Origin: Octopus vulgaris
Taxonomy: Eukaryota
NCBI GenBank assembly: GCA_951406725.2
Contig: OX597828.1
Location: forward strand, 27,962,001 to 28,026,000
DNA length: 64,000 bases
Reading direction: 5' to 3'
Position 1 is the first letter of the stretch. Each line of letters opens with the position of its first letter. The notes under the pieces are model-generated. The model was given only the letters and a program-made list of their open reading frames with translations. It ran no database searches and was not told where the DNA came from. Made by a program: the position numbers and the translations under genes. Shown here piece after piece: positions 54,898 to 64,000 of the stretch.

Positions 54898-55879
54898 AGT
54901 AATTAGAAGTACCACATAAAATGCATCCATTCCCTTAAAAAATGGTAAGATGGTATTCAAATGTTGCTCAATTTTTGATTTGTCAAAAAATATGTTTTGT
55001 TGCTCAACTCCAGGTGAATCCACATTGAACAAACATGTAATCAAACAAAGGTATTCCAGCCATGCCCATCCTGTCTTTTTAGAGTTATGTAGGACTTTAG
55101 TAACCAAAGTGTCCTCTCACCTCACCTTTTTATTTTTAAATAGTATCCTGTGATCTGAGGTAGATTTTAATGTTATTTCAAACCATTCAAGTGACTGCAT
55201 ACAGGCTCCTTTGTTTTGACTGGCAGAAATGAGAAAATGCCAAACTAAATACTTTGCTATATGTTATGTTTAGGATAAACACTTGTATGCTGAGGGTTCT
55301 GCTGTATTCCATCTCTGGATGCTGGAATGGATGTCTCATCAAGTAGTGAAGCAGCTCTGTAGGTATTTCAGCCCCTTCCACTAGAACACCAAAGCTACCC
55401 AAGGCCACCCATTGATGACAAAACTCCCATACAATGGTACAAGCTTTGTCGAGTCAAATGTTGTGACTTTGGGCCACATGTTTCTACAATGCTCAGTGCA
55501 CATTCTTGCTGCACCACTCATACTCTCTCTTGAGCCAGATGTAATGGCTTGCTTCCTCAATGGCTTCTGGCAATTTTCTGGTAACATTTTTCCCCTCTTT
55601 CACTGCTTGTCCAAGACATTTCACCGTCAAGCAAACCTTAGTTCCAACAATGCTTTGGGGTTATATTCCTTTGCATTCTTTGTTCATGTCATCATTCCTG
55701 GTGAAGGAATCAGTAAAATACATACCAGTAATACAGTGGTGAAAAGTCTGTTTTTTTTTGTATCTTGCACTATGTGTGGTACTGGTGGTAGCAGTACCAT
55801 TATGAGAAACAATTATCATAGTTGGAGTTGGAAAAAATTGAGAGCAAAAGATCTGCAATAATTCTTTATTCATTCATTT

Positions 55880-56642
55880 ATCTAAGACAGCAAATTCACA
55901 GATTCTCAAGAATGTTGGATAAGATGCCTCTTTCGCACCCAAAGTAATATATGTGTGAGAGAGAGAGGGGGGGGAGAAAGATGAACGATTTAAAATAAAT
56001 ATATTGTAATTGTTGTGTGAGAAAGTATATATACTCTGATTATAAAATATAGTGTCTTTCAAAAACATCCTATATTTGAACACTATATCTCGTGTTTAAG
56101 AAAAAACAAAACATTTTACATTTTATTTTTTATGAACACTCTCAAACTCTCCCTCTCTCTCACTTTGTCTTTACCTTGTTTTTTTTTGTTAGACGCTGTC
56201 AAACTTCCATACACTCTTCCTTATACATACTTTTTCCTTACTATTTTTTTAGACGTTTCGAAACACTCTCTCTCCCTCACACACACACACACACATACAT
56301 CAACACACAAGTTCTCTCTCTCCCTCACACACACACACACCCATACATCAACACACAACTTCTCTCTCTTCCTCACACACACACTTTCGCTTGGCTATGG
56401 CTAGAACGGACTTAACTCATGTTAGCAACCTTCAAAATCGGTAAAAGCTATGGCTGAAAATAGATTTTTACCTGCATCGGCAGGTGCCTGGGTGGGGGTG
56501 GGGGGAAATTAAGTTGACAAAACACAGGTAGGGTGTTGACGAATGTCCCCCTAAAATTGGAGCGACATGCGTGCTAATTTGTGGACGTGAATAAATTACA
56601 ATCACGTACACACACTCACATCATGCCTTTTATAGATACAGA
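55880..56642 (-). mobile_element. Probable non-autonomous Helitron-like element with an internal ~55-bp triplication
   Basis: Minus 5' end a|TCtgtatctataaaaggc resembles 20767; 3' CTAG end not clearly seen. Confidence 0.45.
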
Positions 56643-56899
56643 TTATTATTATTATTAATAATGATAATAATAATAATAATAATGTGACAAGCTAACAGAA
56701 TTGTTAGCACACCAAGTAATGTGCTTGGCAATATTTCACCCATCTTTACATTCTGAGTTCAAATGCCACCAAAGTCAACTTTGCCTTTCATCCTTTTGGA
56801 GTCAATAAAATAAGTACCAGTTACACACTGGGGTTGGTGTAATCCACTAGCTCTTTCTTTCAAAATTTCAGGCCTTGTGCCTATAGTAAGAATTATGAT

Positions 56900-57245
56900 T
56901 ACTATTATTCAGTAGTTTTATTTTTATAGCATGCTTTCACTTCACTACCGAGCGCAGCTCTGTGTGCCTTGGGTATGTGCTGTGATTTGTTGTGATGCTC
57001 TGATGGTTATTGTATGGAAAGTGTTCTGCGTAGGATGTGTGCAGTGCCTAGTAGTGCAATTTTCTGTATCTTATATGTGTTTGTAAGTCCTGGTGTTTTT
57101 GTTATGTATTTGTCTGAATATTTTTTTATCATGCCTAATGCACCTACTATGATAGGAAATGTTTCTGTTTTCAGATTCCACATTCTAGTTACCTCTATTT
57201 CCAGGTCTTTGTATTTTGAGAGTTTCTCCATTTCTTTTAGAGACA
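56900..57245 (-). mobile_element. 5'-truncated R4/Dong-like RLE LINE inserted in (TAA)n
   Basis: EKLSKYKDLEIEVTRMWNLKTETFPIIVGALG...IQKIALLGTAHILRRTL; both flanks (ATT)n-like, the known Dong target. Confidence 0.88.
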
Positions 57246-57256
57246 TTATTATTATG

Positions 57257-57317
<61 letters not shown>

Positions 57318-57882
57318 CAATAGATTGGCAAAATTGTTAAGTGCCAGATAAAAATATTTGTTCCAGCTGTTCATGAGAAACAGACTCTGCTATAAACTGT
57401 TGTCATCGTCATCATTAAAGTGTTCAATATAATAATAACTGCATTTTATTTCATATTTCTATAAATTAGATCAGTCTTTTTTTGGTCACACACTTCGATA
57501 CTAACAATAAACATCACACAAGGTTGCGCCTCAACTACTTTTGCATAGATATCACAGCTAAGAGTTTAATAAACATTTCTATGTGCCATGCACACACACA
57601 CACACACATTTATGATTCTACATATGAGCAAGCAAATATGCTCAGAGAATGTTTGCTTACTTATTTGCATATTTAAAAAATTTATTCAGCTTTAAAATCT
57701 TTGGGAAATTGTTCTTTTATACTAAATGTTTAATTGTAGATTTTCTTTTTTTTTTTTTATAAAGTAGCCTTGTGCCTCTGTTAGTAATTAATATCACTGT
57801 TAATTATCACTATCAACATCATCATCATCATTATTTCTTCTTCTTCTTCTTCTCCTTCTTCTTCTTCTTCTTCTTATTATTA

Positions 57883-57913
<31 letters not shown>

Positions 57914-58083
57914 TATTATCATCATCATCATCATTATTATTATTAATGTTATTATTATTATTATTATCATCATCATCATTATTATCATTATTATTATTAT
58001 TATTATTATCATTATTATTATTATTGTTGTAGTTGTTATCATCATCATCATCATCATTATTATTATTATTATTATTATTATTG

Positions 58084-58541
58084 AGGCAGTGACCTGGCAA
58101 AAATCATTAGCATGCCAGATGAAGTGCTTAGTGGCATTTTGTTTGTTTCTATGGTTTCGAGTTCAAATGCCATGAAGGTCAGTTTTGCTTTTCAATGTTT
58201 TGGAGATTGATGAAATACGTGCAAGTTGAATGCTGGGGGTGGGGTCAGTGTTATCAAATTTACCCCTCCCCCAACATTTCAGGCCTTGTGCCTGTAATAG
58301 AAAGGTTTATCATTATTATTACTACTATTATCATCATCATCATCATCATTATTGTTCATGCCAGGCAAAATGCTTAACGGCATTTCGTCTGTCTTTACGT
58401 TCTGAGTTCAATTCCCACCAACGTTGGCTTTGCCTTTCTTTCTTACAGAGTCGATAAATTAAGTACCAGTTATGCACTGGAGTCAATGTAATTTACTCAT
58501 CCCCTTCCCCAAAATTCTGCCTTTAATAGAAGAGATTACTA

Positions 58542-58586
<45 letters not shown>

Positions 58587-58632
58587 TATTATTATCATTA
58601 TTATCATTATTATTATTGTTATTATTATTATT

Positions 58633-58698
<66 letters not shown>

Positions 58699-58912
58699 AG
58701 GCAGTGAGCTGACAGAGTCATTAGCTTGCTGGACAAAATGCTCAGAAGTATTTTACCAGTTGCTGCGTTCTGGGTTGAAACTCTGCCGAAATTGGCTTTG
58801 CCTTTCCTCCTTTCAGGGTCAGTAAAATAAATACCTGTTGAGTCCTGGGGTTGATGTAATCAACTTATTCCCTCTCTTAAGCTTGCTGGCCATGTGCCAA
58901 AATTTGAAATCA

Positions 58913-58949
<37 letters not shown>

Positions 58950-59160
58950 TTTTATTATTATTATTATTATCATCATGATCATCATCGTTATTATCGTCAC
59001 CATTAAGCACTGAGCTGGCAGAATTGTTAGGTATGTCCCCAAAGACTACATTGACATATTTGTTCTGACTCTTTATATTTCTAGGTTCAAATTCTGCTGA
59101 GGTCAGCTTTGCCTTTCATTTTGTTGGGGTGAATAAATAAAAGTACCTGTCAAGTACTGG
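58084..59160 (+). mobile_element. Four degenerate SINE B copies head-to-tail, separated by (ATT/ATC)n
   Basis: Copies start near 58084, 58355, 58699 and 59006. Confidence 0.8.
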
Positions 59161-59168
59161 TATTCATC

Positions 59169-59262
<94 letters not shown>

Positions 59263-59287
59263 GTGTGTGTGTATATAGATGTGTATT

Positions 59288-59335
<48 letters not shown>

Positions 59336-59887
59336 AATATGTCTATATATAGAAGTGTATTTGTGTGTATGTATATAGATGTGTATTTGTGTGTATATAG
59401 ATATATGTGTATGTATATAAATGTGTACTTGTGTGTATATAGATATGTGTGTGTGTATATATAATAGAAGTGTGTGTATATATATAAATGTGTGTGTGTA
59501 GCCTAGGGGTGAGGGTGTTGCACTCATGATTTCTAGTTCATGGGTTTGATTCTCAAACCAAGCAACCAGTGTTCTTGAACGATACACTTCATTTCACTTT
59601 GTTCCAGTTCAGTCAGGTGTAAATCGGCCAACGTGTGATGGATTAGCCTTCCAATCAGGGTAGGGACTGTTCACCTGCTCACCAAAGCCAACAGGGTAGC
59701 AACATTAAAAAGCTAAAACAATATGAAGCGCATAGGGACCAATGATGTTTAGCAACTTTCAATAGTTTGCTCAATACCATGAATACCATGATATATATGT
59801 ATGTCGCCCTATATATATATAGCCGTGTATAGATGGGTGTATACAAGTATATATATGTGTGTGTATGTATATCTCTATACATATATA

Positions 59888-60300
59888 TCATCATCATTTA
59901 ATGTCCGTTTTCCATGGGTTGGACAGTTCAACTGGGGTCTGGGAAGCCAGGAGGCTGCACCAGGCCCCAGTCTAATCTGGCAATGGTTCTACAGCTGGAT
60001 GCCCTTCCTAGCGCCAACTATTCCGAGAATGTAGGGGGTGCTTTTTACGTGCCATTGACACAGGGGCTAGAGGAGGCTGGCAATGACCATGATCGGTTGG
60101 TGCTTTTACAAGCCACCGGCATGGAAGCCAGTGAAAGCAGTGCTGGCATCGGCCACGTTCAGATGGTGCTTTTTACGTGGCAGGGGATCGCAACTACAAT
60201 TTCCATTTGATTTTGATATACTTGACTCAATAGGTCTCCTCAAGCACAGCATGTCACCCTGTGATTCAAGGTACTTTTGAGTGGGCTGGGGCTGGTTATG
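59888..60300 (-). mobile_element. RTE-related LINE 3' end and tail
   Basis: catcatcatttaatgtccgttttccatg...ctacagctggatgcccttcctagcgccaac is the reverse complement of the 54680 tail family. Confidence 0.8.
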
Positions 60301-60682
60301 CTATATATATTGATATGTATATATGTATAAATATGTATAGCATATACATATGTATATATATATATACAAAGAGGGAGAGAGAGCAACAACGGCATAATTT
60401 GAAGCTAAAGAAGCTTCATACTCTGTCACACATCTACATAACAAAAATAAATTTTTTTAATCAATTTTTAATACATAAAAAGAAAACTTTACATGCAGTT
60501 GTAGAGTTTATATACACAAAAACTGCACGTCCTTTGTTTATGTCTGATATCGACTGAAGTTACAACGAAACATTTACTTGTCTAGCGTATGAATATGAAC
60601 ACACATTTCACATTGTTACAATAAAATAGACTCCTACAGAAATACATACTGTATCTATACAAATATTCATGTCTGAACCTTC

Positions 60683-60741
<59 letters not shown>

Positions 60742-61167
60742 CACACACATATGTATATACTTATATGTACACACACAGACACACATATATATATATGTGT
60801 GCGATGATGATATATCTATATACATACATATATATATGAACACGTTTATGTGTATATATGTGTGTGTGCATATATATATGTATATGTGTGTGTATACATA
60901 TATGTATGCATATATACATTTATATATATAAGTATATATTTATGCTAATATTTGTGTGTATATTTATATATGAGTGTGTGTGTGTGTGTGTGTGTATGCA
61001 TGTGCATAAATAAATATGTTTGTGTGTGTGTGTATGTATAAATGCATATGCATTTATATTTGCCTATATATATATGTACATATATAGAAATTTATATATG
61101 TAGGTATATATTAACATGTGGGCATAGGTGTACATGTATATGTATATCATTGTATATATACATACAT

Positions 61168-61213
<46 letters not shown>

Positions 61214-61489
61214 CCATAAAACACACAGGTACTTCAACAAATTACAATAAAAAACATTTTCCTATATTAATACAACATTACATTTGAACTTTTGGACATT
61301 GATAAACATTTACACACATAAACATTACTGCGTGAAAACTTTACTATAATGATAGAAACAGGCAAAACATTAAAACTGCCCTTCATAAATATATAAATGT
61401 ATGTGTGTGGTTGTTTGAGTGTGGGTGTGTATATATATATATATATATATACATACATACATATGTTTGTCTGTCTGTGTGCATATGTA

Positions 61490-61524
<35 letters not shown>

Positions 61525-61702
61525 GTATAATATATGTTTGTGTGTATGAATATATATTTGATATAGATATTATATATATATGTATACATGTGTATGTGTA
61601 CGTATATATGTATATATATAAGTATGTATGTATATATATAAGTATGTATGTATATATGTATGTATTTATATATGTATGCCTGTAGATACACATATATATC
61701 TA

Positions 61703-61746
<44 letters not shown>

Positions 61747-61905
61747 TATATACATATATGTATGTGTCTATATATATATATCTGTGTGTATGAATATATA
61801 TATTAGATATAATACATATATAGATGTGTTTGTGTGTGTGTATGTATACATATATATCTACAAACATATTCATATATTTATACACATGTATTTATACATG
61901 TCTGT

Positions 61906-61963
<58 letters not shown>

Positions 61964-62092
61964 TCATATATATATAAATTTGTGTGTGTGTACATATCCT
62001 CATCATCCGTGTCATCATTATCATCATTATTGGTGGTTGTTGAAGCTTCAGCGAGTAGTTTATGCACACTAAAATGATTCACAAAAGCTCAT

Positions 62093-62138
<46 letters not shown>

Positions 62139-63138
62139 TTATATTTCATCAACTTTCAATGAAACCATTCGTGTTTGCACATGCATATGCACACACACAC
62201 ACACATCCATGCACACACACACACACACTTACACACACACACAAGCACTTGTAGAAACATATATATATATGTGTGTGTAAACATGTCTATGTTTCTATCT
62301 CGACGTGTATGTATATGTGAATGTACGTGTAGCCTTATGAAAACACAACACATACACGTGCACACACACATAGGCACATACACAATTTAATAATAAAATT
62401 TCCTTATATTTACACGCTGCTAATACATCAAATTTTCCTGACTTTGACTCTGAGACAAACATTAAATCACAATTTTACTGTACTTACACAATATTTATTG
62501 CAGTAGTCATAAATAGATTCTTATTAATATGCAAATGCTGGTGAGACTCCATTATTGTGCAATCTCTTTGAAATATTTTGTGTAAATTTTTATGAATGTG
62601 AGGGAATAAAATTTATTAAAAAAATGATTGGTTTAATTTTAAAATGATCCTACTGTAGGTTTCTAGAGCAGGATTCCTTTACATACTGGACATTTTTATA
62701 TCATTAAATATATACATATATGTGTGTGTGTGTGTGTGTACATGTATGTGAGCATATATATGTAAATGTATTATTTTTTTATATATCTATATGGTTTTTT
62801 TATTTCATATATACATACATGTACACACACATACACATATATATGTGCATATATCTGTGTGTGTGTATGTGTATGTATGTCTATGTATGTATGTATGTAT
62901 GTATGTATGTATGTATGTATGTATGTCCATGCCCTTTTGTGAGATATATGTTTTTAAAAATAAGCTGTTCACCAATGAGTTTGTGGTGTCAGTGTCTATA
63001 TCTATACCCATCTATTTAGCTGCACAAATGTATAAATATATATATATATATATATGAATCTTTAAATATTATGTATGTGTGTGTTTATGCAAATATATAT
63101 AGACTTGTGTGAAATATAATGTACACATAATTTTGAGA

Positions 63139-63183
<45 letters not shown>

Positions 63184-63244
63184 ATATATGTGTATGTATA
63201 TATATATGTATGTATATATATATATATGTATGTATATATATATG

Positions 63245-63322
<78 letters not shown>

Positions 63323-63867
63323 CTCTTCTTTATCACCTTATATCTGCTTCCTATGTTGCTGTAAGTTGATGATGTGTTAGTGATGTGCTATCATTGTCTG
63401 AGTCATCTCGTATCAGGAGCTGCTACTCTCACAGACATCGCATCCACAGCTGCATACCCTTCCTATTGGCAACCACTTTAAAGAGTTTACCATTTCCAGT
63501 TCCTCCATGCGTCAGCATTAGAGTTGTCTTTGGTCGTAGGCAAGACAATACTAAAGGCATCTTCGCTTTCTCCATTCAGTTGCCGACCACTTTGTACCGA
63601 GTGGCACCAGCGACGTTGCCACTCATGTTTGTGTGTGTTTGTGTCTGTTTGTCCCCCACTACCACTTGATACATAGCATTGGTGTTTACATCCCCACAAC
63701 CTAGTGGTTCAGCAAAAAGAGAGTGAGGGAATAAGTACCAGGCTTAACCTAAATAAATATTGAAGTTGATTCATTTCACTGAAATAATTCTTCATGGTGG
63801 TGGTCCAGCATGGCTACAGTCTAATGGCTGAAACAAGTAAAAGATAAACGATACACACACACGTGTG

Positions 63868-63924
<57 letters not shown>

Positions 63925-63936
63925 GTCAAAGGCTTT

Positions 63937-64000
63937 CTCCATATATATCATCATCATCGTTTAAAGCGGACGTTAAACGATGATGATGATATATATGGAG
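63937..64000. repeat. Perfect 28-bp inverted repeat with 8-nt spacer, reaching the window end
   Basis: ctccatatatatcatcatcatcgtttaa-agcggacg-ttaaacgatgatgatgatatatatggag. Confidence 0.95.

Overview
AT-rich eukaryotic genomic DNA with no long host ORF. It is saturated with (TA)n, (CA)n and trinucleotide microsatellites and several high-copy tRNA-headed SINE families; the repeat repertoire looks like a coleoid cephalopod (Octopus-like), which is inference from recognition, not a search. Almost all ORF-track entries are microsatellite or SINE read-through. Supportable features: 4 Tc1/mariner remnants, RTE, R4/Dong-like and HERO-like LINE 3' fragments, Helitron- and piggyBac-type non-autonomous elements, a ~105-bp satellite carrying variable (TG)n, and many SINEs. 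Two signals stand out. (1) Several unrelated short foldback elements sitting in (TA)n tracts each carry a decayed type I hammerhead ribozyme core of the Penelope-like kind. (2) The 3' UTR of the HERO-like LINE holds all three hammerhead core strands with complementary stems, but in an order (GUC, then GAAA, then CUGAUGA) that is none of the three circular permutations (types I/II/III). A few unique islands carry splice-site-flanked mini-exon candidates on both strands, so the window may be intronic in a large gene that I cannot identify.
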